Below are positions 46,562 through 56,300 of a DNA stretch of 64,000 nucleotides, in pieces (position 1 is the first letter of the stretch; every line of letters starts with the position of its first letter). Below the pieces are notes generated by a model. It did not search any database. It was not told the origin of the DNA and worked only from the letters and a program-made list of their open reading frames with translations. The DNA comes from Flavobacteriales bacterium (lineage in GTDB: Bacteria; Bacteroidota; Bacteroidia; Flavobacteriales; Flavobacteriaceae), in contig SGZJ01000004.1 of NCBI GenBank assembly GCA_004213995.1, positions 725 through 64,724 of the forward strand, in the 5' to 3' direction. Position numbers and translations under genes: made by a program.

Positions 46562-47558
46562 ATCTTTACACGAACATTATTCTTTTTCAGTTCAACCAGG
46601 TCAGGAGCCTCTAAGGATCGATAAGTATTTAATGAATTTTGTTGAGAATGCTACAAGAACAAAAATTCAGGCTGCAGCAAAGGATGGAAGTATTAGAGTT
46701 AATGGGCAAGTTGTCAAGTCAAACTATAAAGTCAGACCTCTTGATGAGATTAAAGTTTTTTTTGAATATCCGCCAGCTGAAAATTTATTGTTACCTGAAA
46801 ATATTGATTTAAATATAGTTTTTGAAGATGATGACATAATTGTAGTCAATAAACCTGCAGGTATGGTAGTACATCCTGGACACGGAAATCAAACAGGAAC
46901 TTTGATCAATGGATTGATTTATCATTTTGACAACCTTCCAAATAACTCTTCTAATAGACCTGGTTTAGTTCATAGAATTGATAAAGATACAAGTGGATTA
47001 TTAGTAGTTGCAAAAAATGATAATGCCATGAGTAAGTTATCAAAACAATTTGCAAATAAAACTAGTAAACGAGAATATGTTGCATTGGTTTGGGGAAACC
47101 CAAAAAAAGATGAGGGAACAATTAATGAAATAATTGGTAGAAATCCGAAAAATAGATTACAAAATATTGTTTTCAATGAAGAAGACAGCCATTTAGGTAA
47201 ACCAGCAATAACTCATTACAAGGTTTTAGAAAGGTTTGGTTATGTTTCACTAATCAGTTGCACACTCGAGACTGGTAGAACACACCAAATTAGAGTACAT
47301 TTAAAATTTATTGGACATACTTTATTTAATGACGAAAGATATGGTGGAAATTTAATTCTTAAAGGAACTACATTTACAAAATACAAACAGTTTGTGGACA
47401 ATTGCTTTAAAGTATTACCCAGACAAGCACTTCATGCTAAAAGTTTAGGCTTTATACATCCTGCTTCAAATAAATTTATGGAATTTGAGTCTGAGATACC
47501 TGATGATATAAAGCTTTGTATAGACAAATGGACAAATTACTCAAAACATCAAATGTAA
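46548..47558 (+). CDS. rluD: 23S rRNA pseudouridine synthase, RluA/RluD family
   Basis: S4 domain plus the catalytic HRIDKDTSGLLVVAK and ..GRTHQIRVH. Confidence 0.9.
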   Translation: MENSESLHEHYSFSVQPGQEPLRIDKYLMNFVENATRTKIQAAAKDGSIRVNGQVVKSNYKVRPLDEIKVFFEYPPAENLLLPENIDLNIVFEDDDIIVVNKPAGMVVHPGHGNQTGTLINGLIYHFDNLPNNSSNRPGLVHRIDKDTSGLLVVAKNDNAMSKLSKQFANKTSKREYVALVWGNPKKDEGTINEIIGRNPKNRLQNIVFNEEDSHLGKPAITHYKVLERFGYVSLISCTLETGRTHQIRVHLKFIGHTLFNDERYGGNLILKGTTFTKYKQFVDNCFKVLPRQALHAKSLGFIHPASNKFMEFESEIPDDIKLCIDKWTNYSKHQM

Positions 47559-47621
47559 ATTTTTGATTTTTTTTATTGTAAATATATTTTTCGTTTGTAA
47601 TTTTAATTAAAATTGTATTAT

Positions 47622-48380
47622 ATGAAATTAGTTATTTCTCCTGCAAAATCTTTAAACTATACAAGTGAATTGCCTACAAAGGAATTTACTCAATCTTGCT
47701 TTTTAAAAGAAGCAGAAATGTTAAATAATATTCTTAAAAATAAATCACCAAATGATTTATCTAAATTAATGAGTATTTCTAGTTCTCTTGGTAATCTAAA
47801 TTATGAAAGAAACCAGTCATGGAGCCTTCCATTTAGCCCTTCTAATTCAAGACAAGCAATTTATGCTTTTAACGGTGATGTTTACAAAGGAATTGATGCT
47901 TATTCAATTCCTAAAAATAAAATTGATTTATTACAAAATACTGTTAGAATAATTTCTGGTCTTTATGGAATTTTAAAACCTTTGGATTTAGTACAACCCT
48001 ACAGATTGGAAATGGGTACAAAATTATCATTCGGAAAAAATAAAAACCTCTATGATTATTGGAAAGTTCAATTAACAAAATCAATAAATGAAGAGCTAGA
48101 AGAAGGTGAATTGTTTTTGAATCTAGCCAGTAATGAATATATAAAAGCGATCGATACTAAAGTTTTAAAAACACCAATGATTACTGCTAACTTTAAGCAA
48201 TTTAAAAATGGTGAATACAAAACCATAGCTATATATTCTAAAAGAGCAAGAGGCCTTATGGCTAGATATGTAATAGATAATAAGGTTGAATCTGTTTCTG
48301 ATTTGAAACATTTTTCTTCTGATAAATATCGTTTTTCAGATAAACTATCTTCAAAAAATGAGTTAATCTTTACTAGATAA
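47622..48380 (+). CDS. yaaA: Peroxide stress protein YaaA (UPF0246)
   Basis: Begins MKLVISPAKSLN. I prefer the ATG at 47622 over the TTG at 47613. Confidence 0.88.
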   Translation: MKLVISPAKSLNYTSELPTKEFTQSCFLKEAEMLNNILKNKSPNDLSKLMSISSSLGNLNYERNQSWSLPFSPSNSRQAIYAFNGDVYKGIDAYSIPKNKIDLLQNTVRIISGLYGILKPLDLVQPYRLEMGTKLSFGKNKNLYDYWKVQLTKSINEELEEGELFLNLASNEYIKAIDTKVLKTPMITANFKQFKNGEYKTIAIYSKRARGLMARYVIDNKVESVSDLKHFSSDKYRFSDKLSSKNELIFTR

Positions 48381-48399
48381 TATATTAATTTAAAAAACT

Positions 48400-48711
48400 A
48401 TGGATTTAAATCAATCTGATTGGAAATTACAGTGTGAAACAAATGAAAACTCAATAATAATTGATGTTAGAACTGAACACGAAGTTGCTGAAGGAATTAT
48501 CCCAAATGCAATTAATATTGATATCTATGGAGGTCAATTATTTATAGATAAAATAAATAAGTTAGATAAATCTAAATCATATTTTTTGTACTGTAAAGCC
48601 GGAGGTAGAAGTGCTCAAGCTTGTTCTTTAATGAATCAATTAGGTTTTGACAAAACCTATAACCTTTTGGGTGGTTTTATGAATTGGAGTGGTGAAAAAG
48701 CAACTCTATAA
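48400..48711 (+). CDS. Rhodanese-like single-domain protein (cytoplasmic)
   Basis: Active-site loop YCKAGGRSAQA. Confidence 0.85.
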   Translation: MDLNQSDWKLQCETNENSIIIDVRTEHEVAEGIIPNAINIDIYGGQLFIDKINKLDKSKSYFLYCKAGGRSAQACSLMNQLGFDKTYNLLGGFMNWSGEKATL

Positions 48712-48714
48712 ATC

Positions 48715-49110
48715 ATGATAAAAAAAATTACTTTCTTTTTTGTTACTGTAATTTTCTTTTCATGTGACTTTTTTGGACCAATAATCAATGAAATAACTAC
48801 CGATGAATTTAAACTATTAAATAGTGTAGATAATGTTCAACTTATTGATGTTAGAACAGTAGAAGAATATAAAAGCGGTTATATTGACGCCTCTTTAAAT
48901 ATAGATTTTTATAAATCTAGTTTTATCGATAGCCTTAATGTTTTAGATAAATCAAAAACTACAGTTGTTTATTGTAAGTCTGGAAATAGAAGTAGAAAAT
49001 CTGCTTTGATAATGAAATCTTTAGGATTTAAAAGTGTTTATAACCTAAAAGAAGGAATGAATGGTTGGTTAAGTAATCGTTATGAAATTATTATAGATTC
49101 TTTAAATTAA
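48715..49110 (+). CDS. Rhodanese-like single-domain protein with a lipoprotein-type leader
   Basis: Leader ..VIFFSC and active-site loop YCKSGNRSRKS. Confidence 0.85.
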   Translation: MIKKITFFFVTVIFFSCDFFGPIINEITTDEFKLLNSVDNVQLIDVRTVEEYKSGYIDASLNIDFYKSSFIDSLNVLDKSKTTVVYCKSGNRSRKSALIMKSLGFKSVYNLKEGMNGWLSNRYEIIIDSLN

Positions 49111-50141
49111 GAATTGATTATCTTTTTCATGTATTTTTCATTATTTAAAGCAATCTGAGCAAATTTAATTAAGTTTTTAGCTCTTACAAGATTCTGATCA
49201 GGGTAACTAACTTTAAAGTATTTATTTCCATTTAAATGATCAGTTAAAGCTCTCACACCATGCATAAAAGGCATTAACGCTACTGAAAGTGGCAGTAGAT
49301 CTCTTTCATTTTGTTCAATATTTAATAATGTTGGTTTAAAACCAGTGATAAATGAAACAAACATTTTTTTATTGAATTTAATTTTTTTAAGATCTCTTTC
49401 TTCTTCGGAAGTTGGATTAACAAGTGTTCTGACGGTATCTCCAAAATCATATAAAATTAAGCCAGGCATAATAGTATCTATATCAATTAAATAAAGCCCT
49501 TTTTTATTTTTATCAAATAAGATATTATTTAGTTTTGAGTCATTATGACAAAGTCTCTTATTTAATTTTGAACTATAAACAATTTGAAATTTTTCAGAAA
49601 AAGTATTTATTGTATTTATTAGATCTGAAAAGTCCTTTATTTTTTCTTTATTAAGTTTTTTACAAGCATCATTAAATTGCTGAATTCTTGAAGGTAAACT
49701 ATGAAAATCTTTTAATATATATTTAAACTTACTAAGATCTGTATTTTCAAAAGTTATATGAAAATTTGAAAGTACTTTACCACATTCCAAAGCTATTTCA
49801 GGATCTGTAGTATTGTTGAAAGTCTGACTGCCATCTTCATAATCCATTAATCTCCAAAATTCAGAATCATTTATAACTATATAAGGTTTGTTAAATTTCG
49901 AATCAACTAATCTTATACCAATATTCATAGACTTTTTTTGAATAAGATCTATGTTATAAAAAATATCTTTTGGTTTTTTAAAGACTTTAGAATTTATTTT
50001 CTGAAGAATATATCTTGGATAGCCATCAGTGAAAATTTTGAAAGTATCATTAATATAACCAGATGAGATCTTTTTAAATGATGTTAAACTACCAGTAATT
50101 TCAAAATTAGATAATATTTTATTTAATAAATGTTTATCCAT
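49107..50141 (-). CDS. APH/choline-kinase-fold phosphotransferase (possible anomeric sugar kinase)
   Basis: A Brenner-like catalytic loop (LCHNDSKLNNILF) and IDIDT (the DxD metal site). 344 aa. Confidence 0.75.
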   Translation of the reverse strand: MDKHLLNKILSNFEITGSLTSFKKISSGYINDTFKIFTDGYPRYILQKINSKVFKKPKDIFYNIDLIQKKSMNIGIRLVDSKFNKPYIVINDSEFWRLMDYEDGSQTFNNTTDPEIALECGKVLSNFHITFENTDLSKFKYILKDFHSLPSRIQQFNDACKKLNKEKIKDFSDLINTINTFSEKFQIVYSSKLNKRLCHNDSKLNNILFDKNKKGLYLIDIDTIMPGLILYDFGDTVRTLVNPTSEEERDLKKIKFNKKMFVSFITGFKPTLLNIEQNERDLLPLSVALMPFMHGVRALTDHLNGNKYFKVSYPDQNLVRAKNLIKFAQIALNNEKYMKKIINS

Positions 50142-50153
50142 ATTTTGAATTTA

Positions 50154-51038
50154 TTATTCCCAAAGAGGGCTTGGATATTTATTGGATGAAGTATATGACT
50201 CAAGAGAGTTTACAGCATTATCCTTGTCCTTAAAATATGTAACACCAAACCAATCGCTATCAGACTTTATAGCATTAATAGAAATTAGACCTTCATTCAT
50301 CATTTCTTGTGCTACAAAAGGTAAGTAAATCTCATTCTTTTCAAGATTACTCTCTTTTTCTAAAAATTCTTTGAAATAGTTTTCTATATAATCAAATATG
50401 TCTGTATTACAAATCCAAAAATTCATGGAAACATCATCATTATAATTTAAATTACTTCCAGAATCTTCATCGATTATTTGATTTTCACCTTCATAAATTT
50501 TAATATGCTCTTTTATAGAAATAAGTTTGTTGTTATCTACTTGACATATTCCTCTTGAAACTGTGCCAAAATCTGATAACGTTTTACCTAATTTATAAGT
50601 CACTAACCCATAAGATTTATCATGACTTATCGTGTTCATATAATAAGCAGCTTGTTGAAATGCTTCTTTACCATAATAGTCATCTGCATTAATAATAACA
50701 AAACTAGATTTTATAACATTTCTAGCAGACCAGACAGCATGAGCTGTACCCCATGGTTTTATTCTTTCATGATTAATTTTAGTATTTTTTGGAAGATCAT
50801 TAATATCTTGAACAACTACATCGACTTTAATATTATTAGGAATTTTATTCATTAAATAATTAGTCAAAAAGTCCTTATTTTCTTTTTTAGTTACTAACAC
50901 TATATGTTTAAAGCCATTATTGATTGCGTCATATATACTAAATTCTAATAAAAACTCTCCATTAGGTCCTAATTCATCAAACTGTTTTAATTTTCCGTAT
51001 CTGCTACCACTACCAGCAGCCATAAGTAATAATGTCAT
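50154..51038 (-). CDS. Sugar-1-phosphate nucleotidyltransferase family protein
   Basis: An N-terminal NTP-transferase loop (LLMAAGSGSRYGKLKQ), ..KPWGTAHAV.. and INADDYYG. Confidence 0.78.
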   Translation of the reverse strand: MTLLLMAAGSGSRYGKLKQFDELGPNGEFLLEFSIYDAINNGFKHIVLVTKKENKDFLTNYLMNKIPNNIKVDVVVQDINDLPKNTKINHERIKPWGTAHAVWSARNVIKSSFVIINADDYYGKEAFQQAAYYMNTISHDKSYGLVTYKLGKTLSDFGTVSRGICQVDNNKLISIKEHIKIYEGENQIIDEDSGSNLNYNDDVSMNFWICNTDIFDYIENYFKEFLEKESNLEKNEIYLPFVAQEMMNEGLISINAIKSDSDWFGVTYFKDKDNAVNSLESYTSSNKYPSPLWE

Positions 51039-51053
51039 TTATTATTTTTTTTT

Positions 51054-51061
51054 CAAATATA
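51054..51061 (-). promoter_or_regulatory. -7 promoter box (TATATTTG on the minus strand) upstream of the nucleotidyltransferase-kinase pair
   Basis: Plus-strand CAAATATA lies 15 nt upstream of the ATG at 51038. Confidence 0.35.
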
Positions 51062-51100
51062 ATACAAAGAATAAATATGTAGAGTGAAACATATATAAAT

Positions 51101-51130
51101 AAAAAAAACCCTCTATTGAGGGTTTTTTTT
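51101..51130 (-). terminator. Strong symmetric rho-independent terminator
   Basis: AAAAAAAACCCTC-TATT-GAGGGTTTTTTTT: a GC core stem flanked by 8 A and 8 T. It lies 19 nt downstream of the stop of the 64-aa gene on the minus strand. Confidence 0.85.
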
Positions 51131-51148
51131 AATATTAAATACCTAATA

Positions 51149-51343
51149 CTATTTTCCTTTTAAGAATGGAAGTCCAGTTTTAGTATTTTCAATAACTACT
51201 TTACCAGCAGGTAAATCACATGCTTCAGGTCTAGAGTCTTTAGCGAAGTAATAAATTGTTTGTTGTCTTCCTCCTTTTAACTCTACATCCTTAGAATGTA
51301 AAAAGTAAGTTTTTCCTTTACTGTTTTGGTGTGAATAACCCAT
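51149..51343 (-). CDS. Small (64-aa) basic protein of unknown function
   Basis: A stand-alone ORF with its own 209-nt upstream region and a strong terminator. Sequence: MGYSHQNSKGKTYFLHSKDVELKGGRQQTIYYFAKDSRPEACDLPAGKVVIENTKTGLPFLKGK. Confidence 0.65.
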   Translation of the reverse strand: MGYSHQNSKGKTYFLHSKDVELKGGRQQTIYYFAKDSRPEACDLPAGKVVIENTKTGLPFLKGK

Positions 51344-51552
51344 GTTTTTTAGTTTTTTAGATTAGTAATACTTAAATATAGTCTTTTTTTTTGTTAAAAA
51401 ACAACAATTCTCTCTGTAATATTGATAAATTCGATGTTTTTTATGTTTTTTATAGGAATTTATCCTTATCTGTTGTGGAAATTCTAATAAAAAAACTAAT
51501 TTTTTTATTTATCAACAGGTTACTAATAGAGTAAAAAAACTGAGGTGATTAT

Positions 51553-52587
51553 TTAGTCTCTATTGTCTTTTAGGTAACTATTAATTCTAGTAATTGTATT
51601 TAATCTAATGTCCTCCCAAAATAGATTTATATCACCAAAATGATAGTTCCTTATAAGTCTCAAAAATAGTCGATTTGGGATATTTTTTGGTAAACTTACC
51701 CAAAGCATTCCACTAGTTAATTCAACTTTTATACTTTTTGGATATACTTTCTCATCATAAAAATATAAACCTTTGTGATCAGCTATATCAGATTTACTTT
51801 GTCTATCCCATGTTATTGGATTTACAACGACATTATTTTCTTTCCATGAATTATAAGCAGGATCCTTATTAATTCTTGGTTTTTTATTTTTCTTGTAGCT
51901 ATTCCAATTTACAAAACCTCCTGTTTCTTCAGCATTATACATTGGTTGAATACTATTAAATTCATCATGTTTAATATTTGCACCTATGAGGTAAGCAGCT
52001 ACTAACTTTTTTTTGAGCGGTTTGTCATCAAAATATTCTTTTAGTATTCTCATTCCATGTCCAGATCCTTGACTATGACCAGCTATGATTATTGGCCTAC
52101 CATCATTATAATTTTCTAAATAATGATCAAAAGCTCCTTTTACATCAGCATAGGCGATTTCATAGGCAGGTCTTCCACCATTACTAGTGTAAGGTTCAAA
52201 AAATGCTCTGTAATGAACTTGCCTGTAAAACGGACTAAAAACCCTTGCTGAGCTAGCCCAAGCAGATGCTTGGTACTTAATAGCTACATTTATAATGTTA
52301 TCTCTTGTTTCACTATTAAATGTGTCAGCATTCCAATCTGAATCAGATGTTTCTGTTATTATGGTTGGATATATATAAAAAACATCCACTTTCGATTCCT
52401 CATTGTAAAATTCTAATAAGGGACTATTTTTTAGTTCTGGATGAGCGGCCCAAGAATTTAAATTATTATAATTGGGAGCATTTGGCACATCAATATTAGT
52501 AAAAGGCTTGGTATCATAAGTAGACTTACACGAACTAACTAAAATAAATATTAATACATATAATATATTTTTTATATTACTTATCAT
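51553..52587 (-). CDS. Lipoprotein with an alpha/beta-hydrolase-like core (DUF3089-like)
   Basis: Lipobox ILVSSC and a nucleophile-elbow-like IIAGHSQGSG. The family call is from memory. Confidence 0.6.
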   Translation of the reverse strand: MISNIKNILYVLIFILVSSCKSTYDTKPFTNIDVPNAPNYNNLNSWAAHPELKNSPLLEFYNEESKVDVFYIYPTIITETSDSDWNADTFNSETRDNIINVAIKYQASAWASSARVFSPFYRQVHYRAFFEPYTSNGGRPAYEIAYADVKGAFDHYLENYNDGRPIIIAGHSQGSGHGMRILKEYFDDKPLKKKLVAAYLIGANIKHDEFNSIQPMYNAEETGGFVNWNSYKKNKKPRINKDPAYNSWKENNVVVNPITWDRQSKSDIADHKGLYFYDEKVYPKSIKVELTSGMLWVSLPKNIPNRLFLRLIRNYHFGDINLFWEDIRLNTITRINSYLKDNRD

Positions 52588-52631
52588 ATTTAATTATTTA
52601 GAATTATTCTAATCACTGGCATGTTATTTGA

Positions 52632-52639
52632 TATATTTG
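52632..52639 (+). promoter_or_regulatory. -7 promoter box (TATATTTG) upstream of 52661
   Basis: An exact match 21 nt upstream of the ATG. Confidence 0.35.
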
Positions 52640-52660
52640 TAAAAATAATAATAATTAATC

Positions 52661-53272
52661 ATGAAAAATTTATTAACTCTGCTTTTTATATTTTCTTTAA
52701 CATCTTATTCTCAGAACAATGTTCAACAAGTCGAGGTAGTTAAAACTGATACTCAAATTGAAGAATTTTCTAAGCAAATTGGAACAGAAGAATTCAAGCT
52801 TGATTTTTTAGATCTACTAGTTTTTCCTGCACTTTCGGTAGGTTACGAAAAAATAAATGATTCTTCTACTGCTTTTGGAACTACACTTTTTATAAATCTT
52901 GGAGGTGAAGATTCAGATTGGAATGATAATCTTGCAATTACACCATATTACAGATTTTATTTTTTACAATCTGAAGATTATGGGGGTTATGGAGTATTTG
53001 CTGAAGTGTTTACTAAGTTTGCATTTGGTGATGCCGAAGTTTATAATGATAATTTTACAAATAATTCAATTTTTCCTGCTTATGAAAATGAAAATTACTT
53101 CGATATGGCTTTAGGTTTGGCCGTTGGTAGAAAGTGGATTAATAGAAAAGGATTTACACTCGAAACTTTATTTGGAGTTGGTAGAAACTTGTTCTTTGAC
53201 GAAGAATCAGATTCTGGTGACAGATCTGCTGCCAGTGCTAGATTAAATATTTCTATTGGTAAAAGATTTTAA
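52661..53272 (+). CDS. Small predicted outer-membrane beta-barrel protein
   Basis: Signal peptide, alternating aromatic/Gly strands, and a C-terminal ..NISIGKRF (terminal Phe). Confidence 0.65.
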   Translation: MKNLLTLLFIFSLTSYSQNNVQQVEVVKTDTQIEEFSKQIGTEEFKLDFLDLLVFPALSVGYEKINDSSTAFGTTLFINLGGEDSDWNDNLAITPYYRFYFLQSEDYGGYGVFAEVFTKFAFGDAEVYNDNFTNNSIFPAYENENYFDMALGLAVGRKWINRKGFTLETLFGVGRNLFFDEESDSGDRSAASARLNISIGKRF

Positions 53273-53290
53273 GAAAATAGTTTAATAAAC

Positions 53291-53298
53291 TATATTTG
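53291..53298 (+). promoter_or_regulatory. -7 promoter box (TATATTTG) abutting the CotH-protein start
   Basis: An exact match 6 nt upstream of the ATG at 53305. It overlaps the ORF-track TTG start at 53296. Confidence 0.3.
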
Positions 53299-53304
53299 GC
53301 AGTT

Positions 53305-56300
53305 ATGAATTTGATTCGTCTTTGTTGTTTTTTAATATTCACTCAAATTTATTCTCAAGATATCAGAATAAATGAGTTAGTTGCTTCAAATTCTATTTTT
53401 CAAGATGAAGATGGTGATACACCAGATTGGATTGAATTATATAATTATGGAAGCTCACCTGTTTCATTAATAAATTGGAGTATTTCCGATGAAGAGGATG
53501 ATAACAATCCTTGGGTCTTTCCAGAGATTATATTGAGCGAAGATGAATATATGTTACTTTGGGCCTCAAATAAAAACAGAGGCCAACTCACTTACCCTAG
53601 AACCTTAATAACAGAAGGTGATTTATTTAAATATATTACACCAACATCTCCAGTTTCTAGTAATTGGACCAATATTAATTATAATGATAACTCATGGTCT
53701 GAAGGGTCCTCAGGTTTTGGTTATAGTGATGGCGATGACAGTACAAATATTCCTTCAGGGACAATTTCAGTATTTATAAGAAAAGATTTTACAATCTCTG
53801 ATATAAATAATATTGTTAGTTTAGTTCTTGATATAGATTATGACGATGGTTTTGTTGCATATATAAATGGTGTTGAGGTAGCAAGAGCAAATATAAATGG
53901 TTCTCCTCCTGCCTATAATGCTACCACCAATACTGATCATGAAGCTCAGATTTACGTTGGAGGATATCCAGAAAGATTTGTTATTGATAATTTTCAAAAT
54001 ATTTTAATTGAAGGAACTAATACTTTGAGTATTCAAGCTCACAATGTTTCAGATACATCATCTGACTTAACGATTATTCCCTTTTTAACAGGGATATTTA
54101 CTGATGATAATTCACAGGGTGTATTTCCACCAGATGTCCTTCAATATGCTTCTGAAAACACATCTTTACATACGGATTTTAAATTATCATCATCTGGTGA
54201 AACAATTTATTTAAGGGATAATTCTGGAAATTTAGTCGATTCATTAAGTTTTGAAAACTTACAATCTGATGTTTCTATTGGAGTTTCAACAAATTCAACT
54301 AACCTTGTTTACTTTCAAACGACTACTCCAAATGAAGAAAATGATAATAGTGAATCAGCAGGGATTGTTTCATCTGTAGTTCAGTTTTCTGATGATGGTG
54401 GCCCCGTAAATAATACTATTAATTTATCTTTAAGTGGTAATGAAGATGGAGAGTATATCCGATACACTTTAGATTCCAGTGAACCAGATTATACTTCTAT
54501 TTTTTATGATAGTCCCATACAAATTAATTCTACAACTGTAGTTAGAGCTAAAATATTTAAGAATAATTATATTCCTGGTTACTCTGATACTAGATCATAT
54601 TTTTATAATATAAATCATGAAATTCCATTTGTTTCTATTGTATCAGACCCATATAATCTATTTGATAATGATTATGGTATTTATGAATTAGGAGATGATG
54701 CTGATGGTGGATTCCCTTATTTTGGTGCCAATTTTTGGGAAGATTGGGAGAGGCCTGCTCACTTTTCTTTATTTAATCCAGATGGTGAGCTTGAAATTGA
54801 ATTTAATGCAGGTATAAAAATATTTGGTGCCTATAGTAGAGGAAATGCTCAAAAATCATTTTCTTTTTTTGCTCGTGGTCAATATGGCTTATCTGAATTT
54901 GACTACCCATTTTTTTCTGAATTAAACTATTCTAAATTTCAAGCTTTTATTTTAAGAAACTCAGGAAACGATTGGCTAAAAAGTCAAATAAAAGACGCTG
55001 CTAACACAAGTCTTATGTATGGTACTGACCTAGAGTATCAAAGTCACAGATCAGTTGCTTCTTATTTAAATGGTGAATATTGGGGTTTATATAATATTAG
55101 AGAAAAAGTAAATGAACATTTTTTAGCATCTAAGGCTAATGTTGATCCAGACGAAATAGATATACTAACTAATAATGCTGAAATTGTTCATGGCACTAAC
55201 GAAGAATATTTAAACTTAATCAATTTTATTTCAGGAAATAGTTTAACAATTCAGGAAAATTATGAATATGTAAAATCAAAAATAGATATTGATAATTTTA
55301 TTATTCACAATGTGATTCAAATTTATGGAGATAATAGAGATTGGCCAGGTAACAATATAAAATTTTGGAAAAGTGATGGTGGTAAATGGAGATGGATTTT
55401 ATACGATACAGATTTTTCGTTTGCAGGACAATGGTGGGATTGGAGTGTAAATAATCATTATTTGGTTAACACATTAGACTTTGTTCTCTCTGGAAATCAA
55501 ACAACATGGGCTAATGCTCCTTGGGCAACTTTTATGCTTAGAAATTTAATTGAAAACCTAGAGTTTAGAAATAAGTTTGTTAACAGATATGCCGATGAAA
55601 TGAATACTCGATTTTTACCTTCTGATGTTGTTCAGCATTTTAATGATATTTATGAAGTAATTCTTGATGAAGTTCCTGATCATATTGAGAGATGGAATAG
55701 TGATGACGATCCATATAATTATGTAGAACTGATGATTAATTTTGCAGTTAACCGACCTGAATATGCTAAAGAGCACATATTAAGTGAACTAGATCTTCCA
55801 AATTATCATAAAGTTTCACTTGAGAATTCTACACCTAATTTTGGTTTTATTAGAGTAAATAATAATTTGAAAATTCAAGAACAAGTATGGAATGGAGATT
55901 ATTTTGAAGAAGTTCCAATAACTTTAAAAGCTGTCCCTGAATTTGGTTATGCATTTTCTCACTGGAGTGGTGCAATTAATTCTTCAGATGAAGAAATTAC
56001 TTTAGATGTTAATAATGATAAATTTCTTGAGGCACATTTTGTTGAAGATCAAACTCCAACTGATTTAAATATTGTTATTAATGAGATTAATTATAAATCT
56101 TCTGATGATTTTAACCCTAATGATTGGATAGAATTATACAATCCAAATTCTTATGAAGTTGATATTTCTAATTGGATTTTTAGTGACGATAATGATGCAA
56201 ATATTTACGAGTTTCCAGAAAATACAATAATTCAACAAGAATCATATTTAGTTGTCGTAAAAGATATTGATGATTTCTCAGATTCATATACTGAAATTTC

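Noticed and set aside
48400-49110. A tandem rhodanese pair downstream of yaaA, considered as a novel sulfur-relay system.
   Set aside because: Both are ordinary single-domain rhodaneses with intact CxxGxR loops. One merely carries an export or lipoprotein leader. No partner genes (TusA, DsrE, SoxYZ-like) are nearby to suggest a dedicated system.
52617-52631. TGGCATGTTATTTGA upstream of 52661, considered as a second sigma-54 promoter.
   Set aside because: The -12 element is TTGA and lacks the invariant GC. An exact sigma-A type TATATTTG box lies immediately downstream at the right distance from the ATG.
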